64,000 nt of DNA from Trichosphaerium sp. ATCC 40318 (GCA_038496445.1 JALMLS010000070.1:62001-126000); one strand, 5' to 3'. Positions 23,471 through 37,764 are shown, numbered from the stretch's first letter. Made by a program: numbers and translations. The notes: generated by a model not told the origin, from the letters alone.

Positions 23471-25562
23471 ATGAGTAAACTACTGGGAGTAAAGCCTGTT
23501 TTCACATACACGGCGGTTTTATGTAAGCGTTTTGTTTTCCGAAATAGATGTACTGATTGGGTTCGTAGTCATTGTTGCATACTTTATTCACGTGGATAGC
23601 GTCATATACGTTGTTAACCCTACATCCCTATCAAATTCAACTACAGTGCGAGTATGGCCTCTACAGTATAAGGGGAATACAGTAAATTTCGAACCTATCA
23701 TTGGGATAGTCGTAGAACATCAAAGTAGAAATAAAACAGGTGAGTGTTTTTTTTTTGGTATTTTTTTTTTATTATTTTATGGATTAACATTGTAAGGGAA
23801 TATCGTATTACTCCGAAACTGTGATAAACCGTATGAGCCAAAGTTCCGCTATGAACAATCCCAAGGTGCTTCAGCTGTAATATGTTCAGCTAAGAACTTT
23901 CCTGGGCGCGTACGTTGGTTTTTGTAACCGGATGATTTAATAGGCCTTATTATTTTCCTTTATTGTTCTACACTCAATGAAGACTTGTGCTTATTCTTTT
24001 ACAGCAAATGTATCAAATAGACGGTAGCGACAGTTCTAATATAAACTTGCCTATCGTTGCTGTTGTTAGCGATGATTTTGAGCCTCTGGTAAGGCGAAAC
24101 ATTACGTTGATAATAAGAATAGAATCAGGTACGTCATACCGAACCAAATTGAATTGATTGGGTTATTTGGAAACTATTATCTTTGTTTTATTTTACGCAT
24201 TTACACATTGCTATAGAGACCAATGAGTATATTACTGTTTATGAATCGGGATGGATGTGGCTATGGCAATTCACTCTCACTTCATTTATTTTTCTAAATT
24301 TAGTATTCGCACTTTACAGGCACGTGTATACGACAAAAATGACGTTTCGTTTTTTTAACAACCTCAGATTTAATTGCTTACTTTTTCGGTTTTTTTACAG
24401 GCTGTCACAATTGTCAACATCGTTTAGAAACTGTAATTTAAGCGTGGGTGTTGTTGCGGTTTTGTTGTGCTTCATCGCAGTAATAAGTAAGAATATCTGA
24501 TTTTGTTTGTTTTTTTTAATAGTTGCCAATAATATTTCTTGCAGCAATGTTCTTGGCGCTTTGTATTGATCCCCTCGGAAGCCGTAGAATTTTGCCTTGG
24601 TGGCTAATAGATATATTTGTATCTTTGCCTTTACCTTTCGTTCATTCTCCGCTGTTCCTGATGGCTCTGTGGTGGTACGGTTTCTTTTCTTGGTAAATAG
24701 TCCATTAACAAGTTTTTAGGAATGATTTGCTTGATCGAAATAAGTTCCAACTAAACCCAGGACTACCAAAGTATAGGTAAGACCATATTCGATAATAGGG
24801 ACCTAAGCTGTGTTTGTTCTTATTTAATACTAAGATGGGCTGTTTTTGCTTTGATAATTTTTTTGGTTGCACAAGAACTGGTATCAGCAATCACGTTGGC
24901 TGTTGTAAGAGTAAATCCAGCGATAGAGGCTATCTCTCCTATTGTAAGCTTGCTTGTGTTTTTGAGTATGCTTTGCTACTGTATATATACGCTATATCGC
25001 TTGCGATCGAGAGTAAAGAAAATTCTTGCTCGTTCCTTGCCAGTGAAGAAACAACTAAAAAGTGTACGCACCCTCTTCTCATTAATATCTTAATTATTCT
25101 CTCAGATACAACTCGGATTGTATGCAATCATTACACTTGTTATAGTTATTGTTGCTATCGCCATAGCATTTATGTAAGTGACTTAGTGTTCAAGACATGT
25201 TGTTGACTTATTATTAGTTCCGGCGCAACACGCAAGCCTGTTCCCAGCGTTGTGTATCGATGGATTCTAGGAGTCACTTTAAATATTATGGTCGCTGTTG
25301 AACTTTATTCAATAACACCTCCAAATAAATACGAAGGCGCCACCTCCAGTAGTACTTCACGAAAGTCAGAGTATGTAAAGAAAATTGTTTTGTGTGAAAG
25401 AGCTAACGTTTACAATTAAGGCAAATGATTGTTGATACCTCCATCGCTAACCATAAGCATGATCCTGAAAAAAATATGAGCGAAATAGAATCTAAAGACA
25501 GCCGGTCAAAAACTAGTATGAAGTCTGTTATGACTGAGGAACGAACAATAACAGAAATTTGA
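23471..25562 (+). CDS. Signal peptide + PA domain + seven-TM protein, copy 1, multi-exon
   Basis: The PA-like segment is GNIVLLRNC..QSQGASAVI..INLPIVAV. There are seven hydrophobic segments and a DPLGSRRI loop. Confidence 0.7.
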
Positions 25563-26013
25563 AGAAAAAAGAAAAGTACAACTAAAAAAAAAAACCAAAC
25601 ATTTCCTATGTATTATAATAAAGTCTTACAAACTGCTACGCACGTTGGAGTTGAACTATCTTATCAATTTGTTATTTGACACAAAATCCCAAAAAGACGG
25701 AAGTCATTCGGATTCGTTTCACTTGTAAACCTGGTAAAGGTTAAAGGTATCCCTAATTTGACCTTTCACTTCAATTAATTACCATTATCATAATAGTAAT
25801 TGTCACAATTATCGCTGGTGTCTAACTTGAACTAGTTCCAACTTAAAGGTGATCATCAGCACCATTTTAGTCATAAAACACTCGCACCCCTTAAGGCCAC
25901 TTTTGTAGCTTTTTTGACGTGACTTCACGTAGAACGGCCTATTAATTATTCCGATTGGTACATGTGAATCCATTTATTAATGTGACTAACTTATCAATCA
26001 AGCAACGTACACC

Positions 26014-27968
26014 ATGAGTCCTTTCTTTTTTGGTACCATAAACGAAGTAACTCCGAATCTTAAACGCTAAAAGTGTTAGTAATTCTTGTTGTTTGTGTTA
26101 ATCACGTGACCGCCTCAATTAGAGTTATTTTACCTGATCATGTATCAAACGAAACACAAATACGCGTATGGCCTTTAAAATACGACGGAAACACTGTACA
26201 GTTTGCTCCAGTTATCGGAAGTTTGGTAGAGGAGTTCGATAATAACAAAACAGGTTCGTTTCTTTCTAATATTTGATTTTGGAAATATATCCATTGTGCT
26301 TACGTGTTTGTAGATAAAATAGTGATACTACGTGACTGTAGGCCCCCTTATGAGTCTAAGTTTAGGGCACAACAATCTCAAGGAGCATCATCTATAATAT
26401 GTGGTGTTAAGCGTCAAGCAGGAAGAGTACAAATTAAACCTATAGCTAACTTAACTCACTCCGTGTAGGCAATGTTTTTAATAGACGGAAGTGATACTTC
26501 GGATATACATATTCCAATTGTCTCTGGACTAAATCATGATCTTGACTTATTAATGGCAAATAATAATACGCTTGTAATAGAGATCCAAACAGGTACGAAT
26601 ATCACGTGCTTATACCAAAACAGTTTTAAACACTTCATTTAGAACCAAACGATTTTAAGGAGCTATACGAATCTGGATGGATGTGGGTATGGCAATTCAG
26701 TATAACTGGTTTCATATTCGCCAACGCGTTGTTCGCCACTTATAGGTAACCCTTCTGAAGTAAATTAAAGTAATTGTCATTGTAGGTTTTATGAATTAAT
26801 TGCGTTTCATAAAGGTCTCCACTTCAATATCAGTACTGTAGGTATATCTTTATGTATGGTAGCTTGTTTGAGTACGTCCTAGATTTAATATACCGCTATA
26901 ATAGCTTCATCCGGGTTATAATTGTCGTACATAGCAATGTTTTTTGCGTATAGCATAGACCCATTTGGTTCGAGAAAAATATATGTTTGGTGGGTACCAA
27001 GGGTACTTACAACACTACCTTTTCCTTTTGTAATAGCCCCAATGTTCTTGATGACTCTGTGGTGGTACGTTCATGCATGACATGCCCAAAGAAATATGAA
27101 TCTAACTAGAATAGGGACAATATACTTGGTAACAAGTTCACTATAAACCCAGAACTTCAAAATCATAGGTACGATTGGCTTGAGGTTTTCTCTGAAGTAA
27201 CTTAATTACAGATGGGTTTTCTTTGTATTCATTACAATTATGATAGCTGTTGAAGTATCTACTGCCGTCTACGGAAGTATTAACCGGGCAAGTAGATACG
27301 ATAGACCTAAGTTTTCTAATTTAGTCCTTAGTATAGTACACTTGCTTTGCTGCTAGGACCAACTTTGGCGTTATTAGCTCTTCTCATATTGGTAAGAAAC
27401 AAACACTCATCTATCTCAGTGAGTACGTACTAACTACTTTGCTATAGGTGTTCTATTGTACATTCACACTCATACGGATGCACCTACGGTTAAAAAAGAT
27501 GCTACTTCAATCAGATATGGTTAAAAAATACTTAAAAAAGGTTCTACAAAGTTGATTTGAAACATACTTACCGTCCACTTTCTAGGTCCGATATGGACTT
27601 TACGATACCATTGTTGTCATATGCATAATATTGGTAGCTTACGGCACATACTTGTACGAACTATTCGAGCTCATATTTTGTTACACGTGCTAATGGTTAA
27701 GAATGGGGGTAACAGAAAAACCGTGGAACCATTTTATCTATACTTGGTTCATTTGGAGCCTTGTGAATATACTTGTAACAATAGAAATATACTTTTTCTC
27801 ACCACCACAACACAGAGACAAGTCTGGAGTATCAGGAGCCAGTGGGAAAAAGACTACGTACGTATTAGTGATATAGATTACGTACTGAGTTGTTTTACTA
27901 GGCCTGTTATTGTAGACATTCACAAGTCCCAGCTCTTGACCATGGATAAAGTCAACCATAGAAAATAA
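26014..27968 (+). CDS. Signal peptide + PA domain + seven-TM protein, copy 2, multi-exon
   Basis: It shares exon structure with copy 1 and has RVWPLKYDGNTV, ESGWMWVWQF and DPFGSRKI. Confidence 0.7.
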
Positions 27969-28239
27969 AGAGAATGTGTAACAAATTGTATCACAGTAAT
28001 AAAAGGCGCAAGACAATAACAAGTGTACTAGCCATTCAAACGTTACAGGAATAAAATGAGACCTACAACTTGAAGGCCATTGCAAAGTGCCATCCCGAAT
28101 AAGCTAGTACAATATTCAAAGTTAACACTCTTTTTGTTTAATTTCTCAGGTTGATTCAGATAGCCGTTTAGCTAACAAATAGACAGGTTCATAGTGAATG
28201 TACTTTGTTTGCTGGGACGCTTTTGTCTTGGTAGTTGTA

Positions 28240-28470
28240 AAAATGGGATGGAAGGTATGTTGGAACATCAGCATAGTAACGAAAAAAAGCAACGGATAAC
28301 GTTGAAGGAAGGTGAAAAGGAAGGGCGTTTGCAAAAGGAAGAAAGAAGGTCATTGCAAAAAGTGGCACAAGGATGGGTCGTTTAAACGTACCTTTGTATT
28401 ACAAACGTGGTGTGATTTTAAGGGAGCATTTCAAAGAAGGCTTGGTGTTAAAAATAAGGGAGCTTAAGAG
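28240..28470 (+). pseudogene. MORN_2 repeat remnant
   Basis: Frameshifted fragments read LKEGEKEG, KEGHCKKWHKDG and YKRGVILREHFKEG. Confidence 0.45.
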
Positions 28471-28712
28471 TCTGACTTAATTTAAACTGACTTTGGTTTT
28501 TAACCTGTAATTTTTTTTTACTACTTGGAAAGAATTAAACTCACGTGATTTATTCGTAGCACTGTTGTCAACTATTGTCAATTAGCAACATTAGAAACCC
28601 TTTACTCGAACTAACCTGCGTGAACATAACAAACTGTTGTTTGATATCATTGGTACGTTCTAGTATTTAACAAGATGCGTGCCAGTAAAGGTTAACGATA
28701 GCAGTAGGTGCA

Positions 28713-29582
28713 ATGGATCCAAAAATAACTGTTAAAGCTAAATCCCAACCCGTTGAAACAGAGTCGAAAATAATACCTCTTCTAGGTATTCCAACAGAGA
28801 TACTTGCTCATTTGCTTAACTTTATTAATCGCAATGATCGGTTTAACGTTTCTATGAGCTGCAAACTACTTTCGACTGTTGTTCGCTATCACGTTGGCTA
28901 CGACTACATCATTATTAAATCAAAATCTTGCTTCACTCGGCTTAACAAGAATCCCCTCTTGAAAAACACCAAGATAATAGCAAGTAACTTCCCTAGAACA
29001 ACCGACAAAGACCTTGCTTTGATATCTGGTGTTGATTTTATCGAAATTGGGTATACCAAACACGTGACGGACTTGGGTTTGCAATCTATTTGTGGTGTAC
29101 GTCACTTAAGTATATTATCTTGTCCAGGTATCACAGACTATGGTATTATACAGCTTGCGAAACACCTCAAGCATATACACCTGTACGATGTTCCTGGAGT
29201 GACAAATAATGGCATTAAAGCACTTGCTGGCATACCAAGTATAGGCATACCTACATAAAAAGTTACAGACGAAGTATTATACGCGTTGTCTGGAGTTCAT
29301 AGCATAGATCTGGGCGCATGTTCGCTCATATCAGATAAGGGTATAGCAGCTTTGGCTGGGGTTCATACCATAAATCTATCTCAAACATCAATCACAGACA
29401 TTGGTATTGCAGTTCTTGCCGGAGTTCATACAATTAATGTGAGTTGCACGAATGTAACAGACGAAGGTTTATATGCATTGACAAGTGTATATACCATTAA
29501 CTACTCGCATTGTGACATATCTCCTCAATGTGTAAGTAAACTTGAATCACAAGGTATAACCTTGACGGAAGACATATATTAA
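28713..29582 (+). pseudogene. Intronless F-box + LRR gene interrupted by an in-frame TAA (29256-29258)
   Basis: LLGIPTEILAHLLNFI..FNVSMSCK is followed by GVHTINLSxTxITDxG LRRs. The same frame continues after the stop as KVTDEVLYALSGVH. Confidence 0.75.
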
Positions 29583-29627
29583 CATACAAGTAAAAGTCAT
29601 GTAGAAATCTAGTGCTCAGTACAAAGT

Positions 29628-31705
29628 TTATAGTTCGTAAGCACTTTTGTCTTCGTCTGAAGATGTTTTATCGTCTGATAATACTGTTGTCCCCAATTCA
29701 ATAGGTTTTAAATCTTTAAGTGTAGTACTTTGTGATTTGTTTTTATCAGGTGTTTTGATACCAACTTTAATACCCACTTGAGATTGATGAAAATCAACAA
29801 TGATTGGTCTACAACAACATGTTATTTCTATCGAAGAGATCCCAAAAATAGCTGCTAATCGATACGTACCCTGATTTTGAACTAGTCCCTGAAACACTGG
29901 GCTTTTCTTTTCCATGGGGTGGAGCAAAGGAGTAAATTTCTATGGTAACAAGTATGTTCATAGTTGCACAAACAATCCAAGTAAATACCAAGTGATTCAA
30001 AGGATTCTCAGTAACCCCCGTCCTAATACATCTATGTAAGCTCTCACACTAATATCCTACATACATGTATGTGGTATATGCTATAATTATCACAACTATA
30101 ACAGCTATTATAGAATAAAGTCCTATTCGAATCTATGCCACAAGGTTAGACATTTTGTTCGAAACAAAAAACAAAATTGCCTTTTTAAGATTTCTCTTGA
30201 CAACCCCTGATTTGATTGTTATCGTTTTAAGTCTTTTATGCATGCTTATGAGTGTATAAATGCAATAAAGAAGCTACATCGTTTGTAAACAATCACGTGT
30301 TTCATAAAATAGTAAAAAAGCTAACCAATGCAAGAAGAGCAATCATGATCATTGTAGGTCCCAGCGCTCTAGCGATTACACCAAACTAAGTGTATCAGGT
30401 ACCTGCAATATATAAAATATCAACCACGCACCCTTATAATACTCCTATAGATTGCTGTTGAGATTTCTATAACTATCATAACTGAGATCCATACAAAGAA
30501 CACCCATCTATAACAGCTCTTAATCGTAATCATTACTTGAAAAATAAGATTGTACCGATACTTTTGTAGCCCTGGATTTAAAGCGAACTTGCTGCCGAGT
30601 ATGATGTTCCTACCAATAGTGTTATTTGTCAAATACATCTCAACTTGAAGTTATTTTACGTACCACCAGAGAACCACCAAGAACATTGGGGCTATTACAA
30701 AAGAGAAGGGTAGTGTTACTAAAGCTATGGATAACCACCAATAGTATATTTTTCTCGAGCCAAAAGGATCGATGCTCCATGCAAAAAACATACCTACATT
30801 CATTCTATTATTTTTGGGTAGTCACTAAAACGTACCCAAACAAGCCATAATACATAAAGATATCCCTACAGTACCTACAGTGAAGTGTACGCCTTTATGA
30901 AATGCAAGCAATTGATAGAGCCTACAATAAAAGTTGGCGTTTGTTGAATCATAAGAAATCGTATTGCTTTGGAACCTGTAAGTTGCGAACACAGCGTTGG
31001 CGAATATGAAACCAGTTATACTGAATTGCCATACCCACATCCATCCAGATTCGAATACTTCCATCACGAAGTTTTGTTCTTTAATCAAAAACAGACGTAA
31101 TCAATATCCCAAAAAAGTGAATGTTGTCATACCTGTTTGGATCTCTATTACAAGCGTATTATTATTTGCCATTAATACACCAAGATCATTAGTTATCGCA
31201 GAGACAATTGGAATGTGTATATCCGAAGTATCACTTCCGTCTATTGTGTACATTTCCTTGGAAAAATTGTGTAAGGAAAATCCGTTTTTATCATTGTCCT
31301 CGCACTCTTCCTGCATGACTCTCAGTACCACATATTATTGCCTTAACGCCTCGAAACTGCTGCTCCCGAAATTTTGGCTCATAAGGAGGTTTACAGTCAC
31401 GTAGTATCACGATATTATCTATAAACGCGTGAGCACTATGATTTTGTAAATTCTAAAAAATATTTCTTCAAACCTGTTTTGTTATTGTCGAACTCCTCTA
31501 CTAGACTTCCGATAACTGGAGCAAACTGTACAGTGTTTCCGTCGTATTTTAAAGGCCATACACGTATTTGTGTTTCGTTTGAAAGATGATCAGGTAAAAT
31601 AACTGTAATTGAAGCGGTCACGTGATTAACACAAACGACAATGAATACTACAACTGATTAAATCAAGCAAAATTACTTTTTTGTACCCGCGACGACTATT
31701 TGCAT
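29628..31705 (-). CDS. Signal peptide + PA domain + seven-TM protein, copy 3 (inverted relative to copy 2), multi-exon
   Basis: Its first PA exon is nearly identical to copy 2, and intron positions are shared. Confidence 0.7.
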
Positions 31706-31954
31706 GCGAGCACTTAACTATAAAAGGAACGAACAGTTTAGGTGGTGTTCCCGTGTAGCAAGTTTTTTTGAATGATTCACATTACTTGGTTACCGTAATT
31801 ATATCGTAATCTACCGGTAGTTCGCTCGCTAATTAGTAGTAACTATACGTTTCCTCCTAGAACCATATACGCTAGCAATCCGGAGTATAGTAATTTATTG
31901 ACAGCATATGCGACACAAACAATAGCAAACAATTTTAGAAAACTCCGTTTTTTC

Positions 31955-33257
31955 TTAACTTATTGGAGTAAAGGCATCTATCGTTTTATCAATTGCTGAA
32001 CTCTCAAGTTCTTCTTTTAACGTCTCGTTTTCTGTTACTTGTGTCATATACTTTCTTTGTAAGTCATCTATAACTATTTTACTTGTTTCTAGTTTTTGTG
32101 CCATACCAAGCGAATTCTGCCTTAGCTGATCAAAAGCAATTTTAAGCATATCAAACTTTTGATTCACCCTTGCAAGGTCTTTTCTTAAAGCTGTATTCTC
32201 TTGTTTTATCCTATCAACACTTCCCCGCCCACCACTTGATGGGCTTTTGACTGACTTTGTTGGTTTCTTATGTGACCTATCTTGTAATTTATCGAAACAA
32301 TCCATGTATTTCTTTTTTGCAATTTTAAGCTTCTCATTTGCATTTAACGGTCGCGAAACCGTCTTTCCATACCATCCACGTAAAATCACCCTATAACATT
32401 AGTACTATATAATCAATAGACTAACGCACCATTTAACACCAATATTACTCCTACACAGGCCATTAGAAAGAACCTCCGCAAGTGAAAAAACAAAAATGCA
32501 ATTCAAAAACTGAACACGTACGAATATAATATGCCTCTACCTGACATATCAGTGTCAAGTATAGCATGTGTAGCATTATTCCCTTGTATATTTATCTTGA
32601 CACCGAACAATTCTTTTGTAAATGCATCCTCACAACGTCTTGCATTCGCAGGAAAAAGTGGAACTAAAGAAACTCCGTTTTGAATAAACCATGTTCCTCT
32701 TAGAGAACATCAAAAATTAGCACGTGATCAATATAATATTTTTTGTTTCTCTTTAAAGTATAGTTACCTCATAACATGTCTTTCGAATCCTGTATCAACA
32801 TTGACCTGAGACATGCGTGGAAAGTTGATTTGGTATTTGTTGTTAAAAATGGGGTGAAATATAACTGCTTCTTTAAATGCATGTTCTATTGAGTCAGAGA
32901 CATTATCATCGTATGGTTTTGCAGCGTTTTCGCAGCTCCAGAACCTGTTTTTAAATTGTTTAACTGATTTGACGTTTATAATTAAAGTGACGCCTAGACG
33001 CAATAGATAATACGTTATGGGCGCGTACCAGTGCGGTTTTGGTTCGTTTTTTGTTTCGTTGGCAAAACCAAATACATCATCGCTTGAGTCATCAGAATCG
33101 CTAATACTACAGCCTGAGTCGTCGGAACTGTAGAAATCATCATCTCTTAAAGTATTTTAGTTAAACTATTTTAAAAACAGTAGCCGTACGACTCAGAGTG
33201 GTCAGAAAAGTAAGAATCTGAATTACATTCAATATTTACAACGTTTGTGTTTGCCAT
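31955..33257 (-). CDS. Acidic N-terminus + tandem WWE-like domains + C-terminal coiled coil, multi-exon
   Basis: The WWE-like segment is FWSCENAAKPYDDNVSDSIEHAF..YQINFPRMSQVNVDTGFERHVMRGTWF. The C-terminus is heptad-rich. Confidence 0.65.
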
Positions 33258-33556
33258 AATTGGTTTCTTTTCAGAATAAATCTACCTGCTTAATAATAAC
33301 GCACTGAGATGCGGTTTTACTGTGTAGAGTTTGTTTTTCATGAAAGCGAAGAACCAAATTTGACTTTAGGTATAAATGCCAAGCACTTCATGACTGTGAG
33401 CTATGCTATTTCCTCGAACCAAACTAACGAGCCTTTGTTGCTACGCCCATCTTCACTAAGGCGAGATAAAAAGTAAAATGGGAACTTTAGTTCACGCGAT
33501 TGTTTTTGCTAGTATATCTCGCACCGAGCTGCTCCTCTTGTGTATTTTTTTACAAA

Positions 33557-35374
33557 ATGAAGTCTGCGTACCTCTTAGGGCTCTTATTGTTCGTATGCGT
33601 AATCGCACAAGACCCAGCACACCCAAACGACATCGCTACACCACCAGATTTTGGTTTACCTAACGATAAATCTCCAGCCGGCGCTGCATACGCCGCAGGA
33701 CGTCACGTACAGATCCATTATAACGAATGCGGCACTTGGAACCAATTTGGTGTTGGTGGATTTGTATTCGACCAATGCTACCCTGTAGACATGACAATAC
33801 CTGGAAACCCATGGCAAGCGCTATGTTTCAGGTACGTTTATAAAGTAGATTACATAACAAGTTAAATACGCTCACATGGGACCGAGATTTTTTATTCCAT
33901 TGTATTTATTACATACACAGCGTTGCATTCACAATGTTTTTTTTTCAAAGCGGTAATCAAAATTAAAAAAATCTCGCCTTAGGATTCCGTACCCTTACCG
34001 CGACGATCCACTTGTATATGTCGGTAACGTTGGTACAACAGACACAACACCAAATTTTCTCTCTGGAGATGCTGAGACACCAGTTTGTAATTACACTGTA
34101 AGAGAGGCAGAGAAATTCCCTGCAAGTCCTTCTGAAGAGTTCGTTGGTGTAAAGCACACTTATCAAGTACGAAACCGGATTAAAGTCTTTACACTCTTAT
34201 TAATAAGCTCTTGCATTCATTCTAACACTACCACTCGTAGGTCGGACCACTTGTAGTGAAAAAGATTGAAACATGGAACTTTTACGAAAACGTACGTGTA
34301 CGCGCTATGAATGCATGAAACTGATCTTTGTGACCGTAGGTTGTACACGTTGAATTGTTCCTTGAGTACCCTTACGATTGCTGTCATTATCTTGACGCGG
34401 ATAAAGGATACACTCTTAATGATGTAGAAGTAGCATTCAGGTACCAATATTTATTTGTGAAACAATCTCCTAAATCGTACAGTGTCGACCCTGATCCAGA
34501 TCACCAACTTGAGGGTACATTCGAGACTGTAAACCAAAGAGTTTTTGGTGAAGATCAAGATGCTATCGATGGTATGATACGTGGTACGTAAACGCTTGCA
34601 CAATGCTTGCTTAAACATTACTTTTTTGCTACTTAACAGCGCTTTATTAAATTCTAAAAGGTGGTTGGTATGCTGAATCTATTGGCACTAAAACATGTAC
34701 AACTATGGGTTTCGGTAAATGCAACCCTCGTTCAGTCGTAGGACACACTCGCTGGCAAAATTGCCCATTGGGAATGTGGAACGAGCTCAGAAACAATAAT
34801 GGTAACTTTGATGATCGTACCATGGCGTTCTGGCATAAATTCGACAATATCACCTGCGGGTATGTTCACCACAACCGCGTAAAGAAATCTTTACGTTTTC
34901 ACTAACAAACTGTGTAATCCTAACGGTTAACGTTTAGAGAAAAGGTTGGCGTAAATTTCGTCATTTCTGTTGCGTGTGATCCTCAACGTGCCCGTGATCA
35001 ATACGAAGAAGCATACAGCAACTTGTGCGCACCAGATGCTACATACATGCCAGACTTTGATGATGCTCCAACAATGTACGAGCTTTTTATTTTAAGTACC
35101 AATTTAATGACTTTGGACTTAAACTCTTCGTAGGTATTGGCCTTACGAGTGCAAGTGTAATGCACCTACTGGAAACTACTCAGAAGTACCTTGTAGATGC
35201 GCTGACGGTAAGTAGTAGCTGTTTTTTTTGTTTTGTAGAGTGCAAATCTTTTCTTTCTTTCGTTCTTTTTGGAATTGTTTTCTGATCTTATTGTTAGGTT
35301 TATTCGAAGGGGTTCCTCATGGTATGATGATGACTCGTTCTCTGGGTGACGCAGACTATGATGACTCGCTCTAG
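33557..35374 (+). CDS. Secreted Cys-containing protein of unknown function, multi-exon
   Basis: It has a signal peptide MKSAYLLGLLLFVCVIA, and GT-AG spliced exons keep an open frame. Confidence 0.65.
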
Positions 35375-35586
35375 AGTCGCGAAAACGCTCGTATTACTTA
35401 TCCCCTTTTGTCCCAAAAAAAATTAGTCTACAAATAAACAAAACCCTGCAAAACTATTTTATTGCAACCAACTACGAGTAAATTGAATAGTGCCTCTTGT
35501 TATTTCGGCCAAGCACGTGAACGTGTCAAAAAGTCAACAGTTTTAATTTGGCTGATAGCTTTGTCGGTTGTTTCATTGAGCTTACC

Positions 35587-37764
35587 ATGAAACAGTTTGG
35601 TTGGGGTGAGAAAACAGGTGGATACACACACGAAGAGACGAGTGAGCTGTTGAATACAGTTCATGCCTTCTTTGGCGTTGAAAAGCGCACTCCTTACCCT
35701 TCAACTATATCTGAAGCTGTTTTGGATGGTTTAAGAAAGCCTCGTTTTAAACTACCACAAAACTTGTTAAAAATCTCTACAAGCGATGGTGAACAGCGGA
35801 TAAGGCATTCTTATGGCTGCAGGTATGTTCCGTTTGAAGATATGTGACATATGATGCGTTTTTAGTTATGTTGATGTTATGACTTGTTTTTATCAAAACT
35901 TTGACAACCTTGTTGATTATGTCGCCTTCCCGTGCTCTGAACAAGACTTGCAGTTGTATTTGGCTTATGCCAAAGCTAAAAAAGGTAAGTGCCGCTTCTT
36001 TATCACGTTTATAATAAACGTGATGACATTTAACGTGGTGAGCTAATTTTTTACAGTTGCACTTCATATTTATGGTGGAGGAACATCTGTGGTAAAGGGC
36101 GTAGAGCCTACACGCGATGGAAGGTATATAGGAAGTATATCAGTGTCACTTCAGAAGCTCAATGCCGTGATTGGTATGGTATTGTCTGAAATATTACTTC
36201 TAACAATGCTAGATCTGGACGAAGAAAATCTTTTAGTACGAGTGCAAGCCGGCATACTGGGTAGAGATTTAGGGAAAATACTTAAGAGGTATAAACTAGC
36301 TTTCAGGCACTATCCACAGAGCTATGAGTTTTCGTCTGTTGGTGGATGGATAGCAACAAAAGCAGGAGGTAAAATCATTCTATCTTTAACTACTTTTAAT
36401 AGTATTCCTTAGGTCACTTTGCTACGGTATATACACGTATAGATCACTTTGTCCATTCTATGAGGGTACTATTACCTAATGGAAAGATTTTAGAAACCTC
36501 CAAGTTCCCGTCTAGTGGCACTGGCACGACTCTTAACAAAGTGTTTTGCTAAGCTTTTTACAGGACCTACAGCTGATGATATATTTCTGGGCTCAGAAGG
36601 CTCACTTGGTATCATCACAGAAGCAACGTTAAAGATACAAAAACGACCTAGATATCGCATAAGTGGAACTGTACAATTTTCTTCCTTCAATGATGCAGTT
36701 TCTGCAGTTAAGGAGACGGTACAAAATGGCTTGACACCAAGGTACAAGAGTAGAACTGTTCGCTTTTTGCTCCTTAATGTAACCTTTTTTTTTCAGCAAT
36801 TGCAGGCTATTAGACTCTAAAGAAGCTCTTTTGAATCAAGTATCCCTAGAGTCCAAGTCTGTCCTCATACTAGGTTTTGAATCGGCTTGTGACAGAAACT
36901 TGGAAGCATCAATAGCACCTTGTTTAGAAATATGCAAAAGATACAATGGAGCTTTTGACTCATCTAAAATCAAAACACGTCAAGGTGATGAAGGATCTAA
37001 AACTGGATCTGCAGGTGAATGGTAATACCTGCTATAATCACAAAATTACCTTCGATGTGCTGATAGTTTTTTTTTATAAGGCGTAGAAGATTCTTAAACA
37101 TGCCATACCTCAGGGATGAGTTGGCTCGTTTTGGTATTATTTCTGAAACTTTCGAAACGTGTTGTACTTGGAGCAACTTTCCAACACTTCGTAGTACTGT
37201 AACAAAGGCGGCTAAATCGGTAATGAAGTCCTTGAATATCAGAGGCGAAATAACTTGTCGTTTCACGCATATATATCCAGGTAAGCGCTATCTACCAGTA
37301 ACGTAGACTTCCTCTGAAAATAATTTAGAAATTTAACCTACCTATATTTAGATGGACCTGCTCCTTACTTTACAGTTATTGCTTTTGGGCATAGCGGACA
37401 AGAAATAAAAGAATGGAAAGAAATAAAAACGGCTGTATCTAAAGCGCTGGTGAATGCAGGTGGAACAATGTACGCCATGAAAGAGATATCTTTTCTTTAC
37501 ATAAAGATCGAAAACATTTTGTATTTTGGATTGGACCTTTTGACTTTGTTAGTTCCCACCATCATGCAGTCGGAAGAGATCATATGGAATGGTATTTAAA
37601 GCACACAGATACTGAGTTTATTAAAATACTATCAGATATAAAAAGGTATAAAGTTTACATTGAATGAGTTGATAAACCTAAAACTGTTCTTGAATAGAAG
37701 CACTGACGTATCATGGATTCTTAACCCTGGCATATTAATTCCTATTGCTTCCAGTCACTTATAA
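35587..37764 (+). CDS. FAD-linked oxidase of the alkyl-DHAP synthase family (divergent paralog) with PTS1-like SHL, multi-exon
   Basis: Motifs are YGGGTSVVKGVEP, HYPQSYEFSSVGGWIATKAGG, GSEGSLGIITEA, ETFET, CRFTHIYPDGPAPYF, SHHHAVG and LNPGILIPIASSHL*. Confidence 0.85.

Noticed and set aside
29256-29258. Alternative genetic code (TAA as sense)
   Set aside because: TAA terminates conserved genes at their expected ends (Ran after DDDDDI, the HAD gene, the SHL-ending oxidase), and Trp is encoded by TGG.
32510-32545. Additional GC-AG donor in the WWE gene
   Set aside because: A GTACGT donor a few codons downstream gives the correct phase.
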